From contig LCBT01000002.1 of the NCBI GenBank assembly GCA_000997385.1, forward strand, positions 119,424 to 183,423: 64,000 nucleotides of DNA, given 5' to 3'. The notes below the pieces were generated by a model. It was not told the DNA's origin. It saw only the letters and a program-made list of their open reading frames with translations, and searched no databases. The DNA comes from Candidatus Daviesbacteria bacterium GW2011_GWA1_41_61 (GTDB taxonomy: Bacteria > Patescibacteriota > Microgenomatia > Daviesbacterales > UBA10151). Every line of letters begins with the position of its first letter. Position 1 is the first letter of the stretch. A program made the translations under genes and the position numbers. Of the stretch, positions 48,402 to 59,128 are shown piece after piece.

Positions 48402-50327
48402 ATGTCAAAGATTGTTGGTATAGATTTAGGAACAACAAATAGTGTGGTGGCTGTCATGGAGGCTGGAAAGCCCAAGGTGATCCACTCAGCAGAAGGGGAA
48501 AATGTCATCCCCTCAGTGGTCAACCCCACTAAAAATATCGTCGGCAGAGTAGCCAAACGCCAGGCAGTGGTTAATCCTAAAGAAACAATTTTTTCTATCA
48601 AGAGATTGATGGGACGAAAGTTTGCTGACCCCGAGGTACAACGGGACTTAAAGTGGCTTCCTTATACCATCAAAGAGGGTAAAAATGGTATGGCAGTAGT
48701 GGAGGTGGAGGGTCATGAATATACCCCTCAGGAAATTTCGGCCATGATCTTGCAAAAAATTAAAGCTGATGCGCAGTCTTACTTAGGAGAAAAGGTGACC
48801 GATGCTGTGATTACTGTTCCAGCCTATTTTGATGATGCCCAAAGGCAGGCTACTAAACAGGCTGGGGAGATTGCTGGGTTAAATGTCCAAAGAATTATTA
48901 ATGAACCTACAGCTGCTGCTTTGGCTTATGGCTTGGATAAAGTTCATGCTCATACTATTGTTGTATATGATTTGGGAGGGGGAACTTTTGACATCTCGGT
49001 TTTAGAGCTGGGGGAGGGAGTTTTTGAGGTTAAGTCTACTGCCGGGGATACTCATCTGGGAGGAGATGATTTTGACCAAAAAATTATTGATTACTTAATA
49101 GAAGAGTTCAAAAAAGACCAAGGAGTTGATCTAAAATCTGACAGACAGGCTTTACAAAGACTAAGAGATGCAGCGGAAAAAGCCAAAATTGAACTCTCTT
49201 CTTCCATAGAAGCAGACATTTCTCTACCCTTTATTACTGCTGATGCCTCCGGCCCTAAACATCTGGAGATGAAACTTTCTAGGGCTAAACTGGAATCTTT
49301 AGTAGGTGATTTGATTGAGCAGACTTTTAAATCAGTCAAAGATGCCATAAAGGATGCCAAATTAACAGCCAAAGATATTGATGAAGTGGTCTTGGTGGGT
49401 GGAATGACTCGGATGCCGGCAGTACAAAAGGCAGTTAATGATTTTTTTGGTAAAGAACCTCACAAAGGCCTTAATCCGGATGAAGTTGTGGCCATCGGCG
49501 CTGCCATCCAAGGAGGGGTTTTAGGCGGGGAAGTTAAAGATATTCTGCTTTTGGATGTGACACCGCTGACTTTAGGCATCGAAACTTTGGGCGGTATTAG
49601 GACTGCCTTAATTTCCCGAAATACCACCATTCCTACCTCTAAATCGGAGGTTTTTTCCACCGCTGCTGATAATCAAACTCAGGTGGAGATTAATGTGCTG
49701 CAGGGAGAAAGGGAGATGGCTGCTGATAACAAGTCTTTAGGAAGATTTATCTTGGATGGTCTCCCACCAGCTCCCCGGGGCGTACCGCAAATTGAGGTGA
49801 CTTTTGATATTGATGCCAACGGTATCTTGAATGTCTCCGCTAAAGATAAAGCTACCGGTAAGGAGCAAAAGATTACTATCACCGGCTCCACCGGTTTGTC
49901 TAAAGAAGAAGCTGAAAGGATGGCTCAAGAGGCTGCCGCCCACGCCGAAGAGGACAGAAAGAGAAAAGAGGAGATTGAGGTGAGGAACCAAGGAGATGCT
50001 TTAACTTATACTGCAGAAAGAAGTATTAAAGACGCCGGTGACAAGATGCCGGCTGAAACTAAAGCTGACCTGGAAGGTAAGATCTCCGATCTTAGAGAAA
50101 CTGTCAAATCAGGGACAGCGGAAGAGGTGAAAAGTAAATCAGAAGTTTTGTCCGAGGCTTTATCCAAGTGGGGCCAATCAATGTACGGCCAGCAAACCCA
50201 AGCTACCCAGCAGGAACCGGAGATAAATCCTCAAGAAGAGGTAGAGGCTAAAGAAGAAGATGGTAAAAAAGAAGCAGTAGAAGGGGAGGTGGTAGAAGAC
50301 AAGGGGGAGGATGATGGGGGAAAATAA
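48402..50327 (+). CDS. dnaK: Molecular chaperone DnaK (Hsp70)
   Basis: [18 protein letters not shown] and [11 protein letters not shown] signatures, with full length. Confidence 0.97.
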   Translation: MSKIVGIDLGTTNSVVAVMEAGKPKVIHSAEGENVIPSVVNPTKNIVGRVAKRQAVVNPKETIFSIKRLMGRKFADPEVQRDLKWLPYTIKEGKNGMAVVEVEGHEYTPQEISAMILQKIKADAQSYLGEKVTDAVITVPAYFDDAQRQATKQAGEIAGLNVQRIINEPTAAALAYGLDKVHAHTIVVYDLGGGTFDISVLELGEGVFEVKSTAGDTHLGGDDFDQKIIDYLIEEFKKDQGVDLKSDRQALQRLRDAAEKAKIELSSSIEADISLPFITADASGPKHLEMKLSRAKLESLVGDLIEQTFKSVKDAIKDAKLTAKDIDEVVLVGGMTRMPAVQKAVNDFFGKEPHKGLNPDEVVAIGAAIQGGVLGGEVKDILLLDVTPLTLGIETLGGIRTALISRNTTIPTSKSEVFSTAADNQTQVEINVLQGEREMAADNKSLGRFILDGLPPAPRGVPQIEVTFDIDANGILNVSAKDKATGKEQKITITGSTGLSKEEAERMAQEAAAHAEEDRKRKEEIEVRNQGDALTYTAERSIKDAGDKMPAETKADLEGKISDLRETVKSGTAEEVKSKSEVLSEALSKWGQSMYGQQTQATQQEPEINPQEEVEAKEEDGKKEAVEGEVVEDKGEDDGGK

Positions 50328-50627
50328 GGTTGAGGAACCATTAATTGATTTAGAAAAACCTGAAGAGTCTATTCAACGTGTTTATGACGAGATTCAGTCT
50401 GCTCGGTTATCTCCTCAAGTAAAGAGGGCTGTAACAACAATAACAGAAGAAGCCAGAGAGTGTATAGAAAGAGTAGCTAGATTAGAAGGTAGAGAGATGG
50501 CAGGATCTTTAGATTCCAAACATCGTCCTACAAATGAAGTTGGACTAGATAAAATTAGGTGGAGAATGGGTTGGTAAAGAGGTTTGACTGAGAGTTATGA
50601 GTTTGGCCTCGGGAGACCGGGGCTTTT

Positions 50628-51191
50628 TTGATTATGGATCAAACTTTACACACAGAAAATCTTAAAGGTTTTGAAATCAAGTTCCATACCCTCCCGGGAG
50701 TATTTTCTAAACAGGGGTTAGATGGTGGGACAAAGTTGTTAATTGATTATTTAGAAATCAAAGATGAAACAGTGATGGCTGATTTAGGAGCTGGAGGAGG
50801 AGTCTTGGGCATCGTTCTAGCCAAGTTAAACCCTCATGGTCACGTTCACCTTTTAGAAGATCACTTAAGAGCCAAAGAGTTAGCCCAGGAAAATGTAGAG
50901 CTTAATGGCTTAAAAAACGTGGAAGTTTTTTTAAGTGATCTTTTTTCAGCAGTGGGCAGCAGGAGCTATCATCAGATCTTTTCCAACCCTCCCCAACATT
51001 TAGGTAATGAGTTTTTAGAGTTGATAGCCTTGGAGTGTTATAAACACCTAAAACTAGGCGGACAGCTTTGGTGGGTGATGCAAAAGCACCTTAAGCCATT
51101 TACCCAAAGATTGTTGGAAAGTCACTTCGGAAACTGTAAAATAGTGGCACACGGTAAAGAGCATGTTGTGCTTAAAGCAGATAAAAATTAA
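50628..51191 (+). CDS. Class I SAM-dependent methyltransferase (RsmC/MTS small-domain type)
   Basis: Motif I DLGAGGGVLG and motif IV NPPQH, about 187 aa. It is inserted between dnaK and dnaJ. Confidence 0.55.
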   Translation: MIMDQTLHTENLKGFEIKFHTLPGVFSKQGLDGGTKLLIDYLEIKDETVMADLGAGGGVLGIVLAKLNPHGHVHLLEDHLRAKELAQENVELNGLKNVEVFLSDLFSAVGSRSYHQIFSNPPQHLGNEFLELIALECYKHLKLGGQLWWVMQKHLKPFTQRLLESHFGNCKIVAHGKEHVVLKADKN

Positions 51192-51194
51192 CTT

Positions 51195-52109
51195 ATGGTT
51201 ACCAAAAGAGATTATTACGATATTTTAGGTGTTCCTAAAACTGCTTCTGAGGCAGAGATTAAGACTGCTTACAGAAGATTGGCAAGGCTTCATCATCCTG
51301 ATGTAGATAAATCAGCTGGGGCAGCAGAGAGGTTTAAAGAGGTTTCTGAAGCTTATCAGGTGTTATCAGATCCTCAAAAGAAAAAAGCTTATGATCAATT
51401 TGGCCATGCTGCTTTTGAGCCAGGAGGGGGTTTTGGAGCTGGAGCCGGTCCTTTTGGTGGATTTAGGACTTACTCTTACTCTACAGGGGGGCAGGGTCCT
51501 AATGTGGAGTTTGACTTTGGAGGTTTTACTGACCCTTTTGATCTTTTTGAACAGATTTTTGGGATGGGGGGATTTGGTGGGCCGTTTGGAGGGGCCGGGG
51601 GAAGAGGTTATAAGATAACTCCTACTTATCAGTTAGAGATAGGATTTGAAGAAGCCGTTCATGGGGCAAGGAAAGAGATTGAGTTTACTGATGAAAGCGG
51701 TAAGACCAAACGTATGTCTATTAAAATTCCCCCGGGGGTAGACAGTGGTACCAGGATGAGGTTTGAGGGGATTGATTTGGTTTTTAGGGTAAGGCGTCAT
51801 CCGGAGTTTTTAAGAGAAGGGGCGGATATCTTTTCGGAGGTTAATTTAACCATTCCCCAAATTGTCTTAGGGGATGTGGCAGAGGTGAAAACTGTCTGGG
51901 GTCCAGTGAAACTAAAAATTCCAGCAGGAACAGAACCCGGATCATTAATCAGGATTAAGGATAAAGGAATGCCAAGGCTGAGAAGCTCTGGCAAGGGAGA
52001 TCATTATGTTAGAGTGAGAGTCTCTATCCCCAAAAGGCTGTCTTCAGAAGAAAAAGAGCTTTATGAGCAACTCTCTAAAGTAAGTGCCAAGAAAAAACCT
52101 TGGTTTTAG
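51195..52109 (+). CDS. dnaJ: DnaJ-family co-chaperone lacking the zinc-finger domain (class B/CbpA-like)
   Basis: J domain with HPD ([11 protein letters not shown]), a G/F-rich linker and C-terminal substrate-binding domains. No CxxCxGxG repeats are present. Confidence 0.8.
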   Translation: MVTKRDYYDILGVPKTASEAEIKTAYRRLARLHHPDVDKSAGAAERFKEVSEAYQVLSDPQKKKAYDQFGHAAFEPGGGFGAGAGPFGGFRTYSYSTGGQGPNVEFDFGGFTDPFDLFEQIFGMGGFGGPFGGAGGRGYKITPTYQLEIGFEEAVHGARKEIEFTDESGKTKRMSIKIPPGVDSGTRMRFEGIDLVFRVRRHPEFLREGADIFSEVNLTIPQIVLGDVAEVKTVWGPVKLKIPAGTEPGSLIRIKDKGMPRLRSSGKGDHYVRVRVSIPKRLSSEEKELYEQLSKVSAKKKPWF

Positions 52110-52443
52110 GTGACTGTAGAGATGAAAGCTTGTATAGCAGCCGTTGCACCTGCGGTTCCTGCTGTGAATGCGCACACCGTAACTAAACGGCTACCCCAAA
52201 AACCTGTACCAGGGGGTAATTTACCTTCTAGAAATGACTCTGGAAAAAGTGTTGTTAGATCCAGAATTCTTTCTAGACTGAATCTTGATCGGCCGTGTGG
52301 TTCACTAAAAGAAGGACCCTTGCTTTGTTCTACCATAGAATAAGGATTGTTATCTTCTACTATTTTTTCCATTTGGCCTTAGTTTACCATAGGATATCTT
52401 ATAAAAACAACCTCTCTTGTAGTGTACTTCCAAGGCGGAATGT

Positions 52444-53001
52444 TTAACGCAGTGTGATGATGGAATAGGATTCAATTAAGGCAGCAATTATTAAAAGTAA
52501 GGCAATAACCAATAGAGCGGAAGTAGATTTTAAAAGGGTTTTGAATCTGTCGCTAAAGCCTCGGCCCGGATGAGAAAGTTTGATGGCTAAAGCTCCAGCT
52601 AAAAGCAAAGCCGGGATTTCAAATACCCCATGAGGTAAAAGCATCTGCAGTATTTTAGGGACTGATAATCCCAATTCAGAAGCTAAAAGAATGACTATCC
52701 CCAAAAGTATGCCATTAAAGAAGATAATAGCTAAAGAAAGATAACGGTGCAGCACACCTAAAGCTACTATGATGAAAGCTGTAGTAAGGTTTTGTTTAAA
52801 TATAGAGAAGGTTAGTTCAAAGTAGTTGCCTGTTTGGGCAGCTTGAAAGATATCCTGATTTGCTTCTAATAAGTTTCTAAAAAACTCCTGGGCATTCATT
52901 TTAGCTACAGAAGCCAGGATTATTCCTAAAACCACCCCCACCCCAAAAACCTGGAAAGAAATTTTTAGCTCTTTGAAAAAATTTGATTTAGTTAAAAACA
53001 T
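52444..53001 (-). CDS. SpoIIM/DUF95-family membrane protein
   Basis: The HGVFEIPALLLAG signature sits within a multi-TM protein. The likely start is the internal Met (MFLTKSNFF), which avoids overlap with the divergent gene. Confidence 0.5.
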   Translation of the reverse strand: MFLTKSNFFKELKISFQVFGVGVVLGIILASVAKMNAQEFFRNLLEANQDIFQAAQTGNYFELTFSIFKQNLTTAFIIVALGVLHRYLSLAIIFFNGILLGIVILLASELGLSVPKILQMLLPHGVFEIPALLLAGALAIKLSHPGRGFSDRFKTLLKSTSALLVIALLLIIAALIESYSIITLR

Positions 53002-53061
53002 AAATTTTATTATATCTCCAAATTGATCTTGGTATTGTGAAGTAGCATAATATTTAAAGAT

Positions 53062-53535
53062 ATGCAAAGAGGATTTAGTACTTTAGTCATTATTCTAAGT
53101 TTAGTCCTTTTAGGAGGACTAATTGGTGGAGCTTTTTATTTAGGGAAAATTAATTATAGTAGTCAATCGGTTGTTAATAATTTTGAAGATTGTACCAAAG
53201 CAGGCTATCCGGTAATGGAAAGTTATCCAGCTCAGTGCAGGACTCCTGATGGTAAGGTTTTTATCCAACAACTTTCTGAAGAAGAAAAATCAAAGTTAGT
53301 TCCACCTGTCTCTGATAAATTTTTGGATCAAGAACAAAATAAATTAAGAGTTTGTCCTGAAAGATGGTTTGAATTTTTAAGTCCAATAAAAATAGAAGGG
53401 CCTTATTTTGGACAAAAGGGTCAATTTATAATGATAAAAGCCACTGGTTCTAGTGATTTAATACCTGCAGGGAGATTTGATCTAGAGTGGATAAAGAAAA
53501 ATTGCCCCTCAAAACAAATGGAACCTGTTGGCTGA
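53062..53535 (+). CDS. MQRGF-leader secreted protein (family member 5)
   Basis: MQRGF + TM, a Cys-rich module (FEDCTKAGYPVMESYPAQCRTPDGKVF) and the C-terminal EWIKKNCPSK motif shared with member 2. Confidence 0.5.
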   Translation: MQRGFSTLVIILSLVLLGGLIGGAFYLGKINYSSQSVVNNFEDCTKAGYPVMESYPAQCRTPDGKVFIQQLSEEEKSKLVPPVSDKFLDQEQNKLRVCPERWFEFLSPIKIEGPYFGQKGQFIMIKATGSSDLIPAGRFDLEWIKKNCPSKQMEPVG

Positions 53536-53965
53536 ATTATCCCCTTGGGAAACTACAGATTTTTTTCCTTGACTTCGGGTATTATTTGGTATATGGTAAA
53601 AAGAGACTGAAACAAACAGCACAAATTTTAATTATGGCGAATTCGCCGTAATTAAGATACCCAAGTCTAAATAAAAGACATGAAAAAAATTATCACCCAA
53701 GGTTTACAAATAGCTGTCATTAAAAATAATGACGAAGAATATATTTCTCTATTCCTCAACAGCCTGCTTATGATTGGAATGCAGTTTCAGCTGCTATTGG
53801 AGGTAATATTCCGGTTAATGTTCCCCAACCGTCACCGGAGGAGAGACCGGTTGAAGAAGGTGTGGTATCTGAAACAGTTGAGCCTGAATGGCTCACCCCC
53901 AAAATCTTCAAAGGCACTTCCTTAGGTTGACAAACGCCCTATAATATGATAAAATTTCAGAAATT

Positions 53966-54691
53966 ATGATTCAAGCAGAAAGGTTTTTAGCAGAAACAGT
54001 AGCTAGATTGCCTGAAGGTTCTGAAAGGGCAAGATTGGCAGGTTGGCTTCAAGAGGCTAGAGATTATAATGCTAACAAAAAACCTGAAGCTGCTTCAAAA
54101 ATAGACCTTCGTCAACAAACATATGATCTTTTAACTCTTGTTAGAAAACCATCAGAACAAGAGAGGGAAGTTTTAAAAAGAAGAGGTATAGTATTTCTGC
54201 CTTTAGAAACAAAATCATATGCACAAGTTGTTTCAGAAGATCCAGATTATTTTTGGTCGGGTGAAGGTGAATTAGATTATGCAAATATTAGACCAGAACT
54301 TCGAGATTACGCACTACCAGTGGCAGTAGAAGTAGGATTTAACCCAACACAACTAGCTTTACCTGATAGTTTTAGAAAATCCCGACCAGTTCAATTACAA
54401 ATGATTGAGGGTTACTCCCAACAGTTACAAGCTGAATTTCCCGATGCTAGAGTAGTTATGCTTCCATCAACAGGATACGCACAGGGAGACAGAGCTTACA
54501 AGGTAGCAACTGGTGAAGTATTATTTAGAAATTACTTTGCAAGGGCTTTAGATAACCTTTCTGAGGTCGATGCTGCTTATGCGGGTCGTCTTGATCCTTC
54601 GAGGCGATTCTTTGTCCATACTTGGTTTGCTGACGATGGCCTTGACTTTGTTGGGGCTGTTCCCGCGGTAGTGTTTGTTGGTAATAAGTAA
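53966..54691 (+). CDS. Hypothetical protein whose 3' end is partially duplicated downstream
   Basis: 241-aa ORF with no recognisable domain. The C-terminal 42 codons recur, degenerated, at 55044-55165. Confidence 0.4.
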   Translation: MIQAERFLAETVARLPEGSERARLAGWLQEARDYNANKKPEAASKIDLRQQTYDLLTLVRKPSEQEREVLKRRGIVFLPLETKSYAQVVSEDPDYFWSGEGELDYANIRPELRDYALPVAVEVGFNPTQLALPDSFRKSRPVQLQMIEGYSQQLQAEFPDARVVMLPSTGYAQGDRAYKVATGEVLFRNYFARALDNLSEVDAAYAGRLDPSRRFFVHTWFADDGLDFVGAVPAVVFVGNK

Positions 54692-55040
54692 TTGGTCAAT
54701 TGGATCTTTTGGATTTTTGCTTCTTGGTTTCCTCGAAAATTTTTACTACAATACCCTTGGATTTGTAAGCAGGCAGTGAAAGAATGAACTAGAGTTCTTG
54801 TTTTGTTGTAAACAATAACCACACAGCTTGTTCTTCGCCTTCTTCTAGACCTTTTCTAAAGTCAGAGTCTCAACGAAGTTTTTTTGTTGAGAGTGTACTT
54901 CAATTTAAGTGTGCTAGACACTACGAATATCCTTCTTTTGATCCACTAATTGGTGGGATCGGATGAAATACAAGGAAGATTCTGCTATGTAGCTGAAAAT
55001 TTCTGGTGAATTTTTATACGGAAGAATATTCAACTTATCT

Positions 55041-55301
55041 TTGGTCAATGCTGCTTATGCAGGTCGAAATGATCCTTCGAAGCAATTCAATGTCAATGAT
55101 TGGAATGCTGACAATGGCAATGACAATGTTGGGGCTGTTCCCGCGGTAGTTTCTAGTTTTAAAAGGTTCAATCTTGTACTGATTTTTGCTTGGTGGATCG
55201 TATCCAACCACCAAGCATCTTACCTAGCAGTGATTGAGAAATATATCCAAGATCAGGGGAGAGTTGAGGATCTGAAGCAGCTAAAATTGTTTGAGCTTTG
55301 A
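55041..55301 (+). pseudogene. Gene-end remnant: degenerate duplicate of the 3' end of the 53966-54691 gene, fused to unrelated sequence
   Basis: VNAAYAGRNDPSKQF...NVGAVPAVV parallels VDAAYAGRLDPSRRF...FVGAVPAVV. The 23-nt stretch gttggggctgttcccgcggtagt is identical in both copies. Confidence 0.45.
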
Positions 55302-55463
55302 CTCTAACACCCTGCGGTCTCTGCCGCAGGGTATTTTACTATAATATTGTTCGTCTTTAATATAGAGAATCAGGAAAAATAACAACAATAGTTGTAACGC
55401 CAGGCAACAATTTGAAATAATTCATCTCACTCTTAGCATACATCTTCTGCTATACTTATCTTT

Positions 55464-56087
55464 ATGCATTTTGATCTGGCTTCTTTGATTCAAACAGTTG
55501 GGTATTTGGGAGTATTTACCATAGTTTTTTTAGAATCCGGTCTTTTAATCGGTTTTTTCTTTCCCGGGGACAGTCTTCTGTTTACAGCCGGATTTTTAGC
55601 ATCTCAGGGATTTTTTGACATTAAAATCTTAATTGCCGGTTGCTTTGTGGCCGCGATTGCAGGTGACAGCATTGGCTATCTAATCGGAGCAAAACTGGGA
55701 CCTAAGATTTTTACAAAGACAAGTTCAATCTTCTTTCATAAAAAACACCTGGAAAGGGCTCAAAGCTTTTATGATAAACATGGAGGTAAAACTATCATTT
55801 TGGCAAGGTTTATTCCGGTAATTCGAGCTTTTGCCCCGGTTGTTGCAGGGGCCGGTAAGATGGATTACAAAAGGTTTGTTTTCTTTAATTTTTTTGGAGC
55901 TGTTCTTTGGGCAATTGGGGTAACTCTGGCAGGATATTACTTAGGAAACCTGATCCCGGATGTTGATAAATATCTCCTGCCAATTGTTGGGCTGATCGTT
56001 ATTGCCTCCATATTACCAGCTCTACACCACATCTTAGTTGATGCAGAAATCAGAGCGAGTATTCTTAGGAAGTTAAAAAGAAAGTAG
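55464..56087 (+). CDS. DedA-family membrane protein
   Basis: FLESGLLIGFFFPGDSLLFTAGFLA and ARFIPVIRAFAPVVAGAGKMDYKRF are the DedA/SNARE-associated signatures. Confidence 0.8.
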   Translation: MHFDLASLIQTVGYLGVFTIVFLESGLLIGFFFPGDSLLFTAGFLASQGFFDIKILIAGCFVAAIAGDSIGYLIGAKLGPKIFTKTSSIFFHKKHLERAQSFYDKHGGKTIILARFIPVIRAFAPVVAGAGKMDYKRFVFFNFFGAVLWAIGVTLAGYYLGNLIPDVDKYLLPIVGLIVIASILPALHHILVDAEIRASILRKLKRK

Positions 56088-56230
56088 TCGGTTTGCAAAA
56101 ACTTAAGTTTCTGATATACTAAGTATTAGTCTAACATCGCCTTGGGTGATGCGGAGCAATAAGACGGATAGTCAATAGCATGCGTTTTAGAGCCGCGAAA
56201 CATCATCAATTATAACCGGCCAAGACTAGA

Positions 56231-58792
56231 TTGGCTGGTTTTATGAAATTCACTAAATTTTTTTCCTGGACATTCTTAGGTTTGGCCTTTGTTACTTTTA
56301 TTTTCTTCTCCGGCATTGTTTCCTTGATTACTGACTGGTGGTGGTACCAAGAAGTAGGGTTTACCGAAATCTTTATCAAATCGCTCAGCGCAAAAATCAT
56401 TGTGGGAGCTCTAGTAGGAATTCTTGCTGCTGCCTTTCTTCTTACCAACTTATCTTTTGCCATCCGTTCAAAAATACCCTGGATGGCAGCCATCCCCGAA
56501 GCCCTAATTGGTACTAATCAACCCCTTAGCCTGAATAGCCGCTTACTTGGAAAGCTCGGCATTATTTTAAGCTGTATTATTGCCCTTTTTATCGGTCTTT
56601 TAGCCTCAAGCAGCTGGCACGAGGTTTTAAAGTTCCTATCAAGCGTGCCATTTGGCCAAAAAGACCCGATATTTGCTGCTGACGTATCTTTTTACGTGTT
56701 TTCCCTGCCTGTTTTTTCTTTGGGGCTTGGCCTTATAAAAACCGTTATTTTAATATCGCTTATCGGTTGCGGCGCAATCTACATTCTGCGGGGCAGCCTC
56801 AATTTATCAAGCCTTTTCCCTAAAATTAACCTCTCCAAATTAACCGGAAAACCTGAAAGTCTGATTATTAGACCTACGAAAGATCAAACCGAACCAAAAG
56901 CCAGACTGCATATCAGCATTCTGCTAGCTCTTTTTCTTACAACCATTGCCGTCGGTACCTATCTTTCTCTCTATAATTTACTTACCAGCCAGAGCGGCCC
57001 GGTGTTTGGCGCGACCTTCACCGATGCCAATGTCATGGTACCGATCCTTCGCGTATCTGTTTTTGTTTACGGGGCGGCTGCCATCCTGGCATTATTTTAT
57101 GGTGTGAGCGGAAAAATTGCGCCTCTTTTTGGAGCAATTTTTTTAACTGTAATAGTCGGGTTTGCTTCTTCAATCATCCCTGGTGTTTTTCAAAAACTGG
57201 TGGTTGCACCCAATGAACTTACCAAAGAAACGCCTTTTATCAAATACAATATTGAGGCCACCAATAAGGCTTATGGTCTGGACAGAGTGGAAGAGCGGGA
57301 AATAGCCGCGGATAAACCGATTACAGCTCCTGATATAGCAGCCAACAATCTGACCATCAAGAATGTCAGACTGTGGGACAGAGCGCCGCTCCTGTCCACT
57401 TTTTCGCAAATCCAGGAGATTAGAACTTACTACGAGTTTACCTCTATTGATAACGATCGTTATACAATCAACAATGAACTGCGCCAAATTATGCTTTCTC
57501 CCCGGGAATTAGCCTCGGACAGCCTGCCGAACAAAAACTGGATTAACGAGCGGCTGACCTTTACTCACGGCTATGGGGTTGCCGGCGGACCAGTGAACCA
57601 GGTTACTCCGGAAGGATTGCCGGTTTTATTTGTCAAAGACTTACCTCCAAAATCCGAAGTCAAAGAACTTGAGGTCACAAGACCGGAGGTTTACTACGGG
57701 GAAATCCCCAATGATTATGTCATAGTCAAAACAAAGTCCAAAGAATTTGATTATCCCAAAGGAGATGAAAATGTGTATACTACATACGGCGGAGTAGGTG
57801 GCGTTGAGATTAACTCACCCCTTCGCCGATTCCTGTATGCGCTGCGCTTTGGTTCCCTCAAATTATTTTTATCTGCTGATGTAACATCGGAGAGCCGTAT
57901 CCTTTATTATCGCAATATAAAAGAAAGAGTTGCTAAAATTGCCCCGTTTCTTGCCTTTGACCGAGACCCATACCTTGTAATCGCTGAAGGTAAAATGTAT
58001 TGGGTACTTGATGCCTATACCTCAACAGACCATTATCCGTATTCTCAACCGCTACCGCTAAATGGCGGTAACGTAAACTATATAAGAAATTCAGTCAAGG
58101 CAGTAATAGACGCTTACAACGGGACAATCAAATTCTATCAAACAGATCCGGATGATCCGATTATCAAAACCTACGCCAAAATTTTCCCCAAAACTTTCCT
58201 TCCACTAACTGAGCTGCCCAAAAGTTTAACTGCTCATTTGCGTTATCCGCAAGATTTGTTCACTCTGCAAACAGCAATCTACACAACCTATCATATGGAT
58301 GATCCGCAGATTTTCTACAACAAAGAGGACCAGTGGGAAATTCCTGCTATTGCCCAGGGGGGCGAGGCACAACCAGCCAAGGTACCGGTAATGGATCCTC
58401 GGCACATGATTATGAAGCTTCCCGGTGAGAAAGCCGAGGAGTATATTTTGATGCTGCCGTTTACCCCGCGGGCAAAAGATAATCTCTCTGCCTGGATGGT
58501 GGCCAGAAATGACGGAGAGCAGTATGGTAAGCTGGTTGTCTACCGCTTCCCCAAGGATAAACTGGTATTTGGTCCCAAACAGATTATCGGCCGAATCAGT
58601 CAGGATGCGCAGATCAGTCAGCAGATTTCCCTTTGGGATCAGGGCGGTTCGGAGGTAATTCAAGGCCCGCTTCTGGTCATTCCAATTGAGGAGTCTTTGG
58701 TCTATGTCCGTCCGCTCTACCTTGAAAAATCCCCGAACTCAAACGGGTCATTGTTGCATATGAGAACAAAATTGCCATGGAAGAAACATTAG
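56231..58792 (+). CDS. UPF0182-family large membrane protein, N-terminal 853 codons up to a frameshift
   Basis: The N-terminus DWWWYQEVGFTEIF has 7 TM helices followed by a large soluble region typical of UPF0182. The reading frame continues in the -1 frame from 58726 (see the next feature). Confidence 0.7.
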   Translation: MAGFMKFTKFFSWTFLGLAFVTFIFFSGIVSLITDWWWYQEVGFTEIFIKSLSAKIIVGALVGILAAAFLLTNLSFAIRSKIPWMAAIPEALIGTNQPLSLNSRLLGKLGIILSCIIALFIGLLASSSWHEVLKFLSSVPFGQKDPIFAADVSFYVFSLPVFSLGLGLIKTVILISLIGCGAIYILRGSLNLSSLFPKINLSKLTGKPESLIIRPTKDQTEPKARLHISILLALFLTTIAVGTYLSLYNLLTSQSGPVFGATFTDANVMVPILRVSVFVYGAAAILALFYGVSGKIAPLFGAIFLTVIVGFASSIIPGVFQKLVVAPNELTKETPFIKYNIEATNKAYGLDRVEEREIAADKPITAPDIAANNLTIKNVRLWDRAPLLSTFSQIQEIRTYYEFTSIDNDRYTINNELRQIMLSPRELASDSLPNKNWINERLTFTHGYGVAGGPVNQVTPEGLPVLFVKDLPPKSEVKELEVTRPEVYYGEIPNDYVIVKTKSKEFDYPKGDENVYTTYGGVGGVEINSPLRRFLYALRFGSLKLFLSADVTSESRILYYRNIKERVAKIAPFLAFDRDPYLVIAEGKMYWVLDAYTSTDHYPYSQPLPLNGGNVNYIRNSVKAVIDAYNGTIKFYQTDPDDPIIKTYAKIFPKTFLPLTELPKSLTAHLRYPQDLFTLQTAIYTTYHMDDPQIFYNKEDQWEIPAIAQGGEAQPAKVPVMDPRHMIMKLPGEKAEEYILMLPFTPRAKDNLSAWMVARNDGEQYGKLVVYRFPKDKLVFGPKQIIGRISQDAQISQQISLWDQGGSEVIQGPLLVIPIEESLVYVRPLYLEKSPNSNGSLLHMRTKLPWKKH

Positions 58793-59028
58793 AAGCAGGT
58801 CTTGCTAAGATATTTGGCACTGCCGAGGGCAAAGTAAAACCATCCGGGGAAACACCTGCCCCGAGTGCATCTACCGATGGAAGCAAAGAAGGTCTCCTTC
58901 AACAAGCCAGTCAGGCGTATGAAGCTGCTATCCGTGCACAACGGGAAGGAGATTGGGGGAGATACGGAGAGGAAATAAAACGCTTAGGAGAAATCCTAAA
59001 TAAGCTAAGCTTGCGTTCTTCGAACTAA
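58726..59028 (+). pseudogene. Frameshifted C-terminal continuation of the UPF0182 gene (-1 frame)
   Basis: Frame B reads KIPELKRVIVAYENKIAMEETLEAGLAKIFG..., a sensible continuation of ...PLYLEKSP. The shift maps to a C4 run at 58731-58734. Confidence 0.55.
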
Positions 59029-59128
59029 AGCTGCGCTAATACTTTAATTAGTCAATTTGTTTTCAATCATCTTTTCAACTTTTCTTTTTGCTTCCTCTAA
59101 AAGCTCTTTTGATTTTTTCCTCGATATA

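Noticed and set aside
50311-50577. 88-aa ORF overlapping the dnaK 3' end
   Set aside because: GGAGG is directly adjacent to the ATG with no spacing. It could be a small protein, but there is no supporting motif.
52106-52372. Mutually overlapping small ORFs (88 aa minus strand, 77 aa plus strand) downstream of dnaJ
   Set aside because: The two ORFs overlap each other on opposite strands and neither has recognisable features. The minus-strand one has a weak AAGG RBS and could be real, but support is insufficient. No ncRNA signature (RNase P, tmRNA, SRP) was found in this GC-richer stretch.
53680-53925. 81-aa ORF downstream of the 24-bp palindrome
   Set aside because: It has low-complexity arginine-rich composition. 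An alternative frame in the same region has more protein-like sequence but no start codon. The region more likely holds gene remnants.
56118-56130. Palindrome ACTAAGTATTAGT upstream of the UPF0182 gene
   Set aside because: Short AT-rich palindromes are expected by chance in AT-rich intergenic DNA. It does not match either CIRCE or the LexA-box core.
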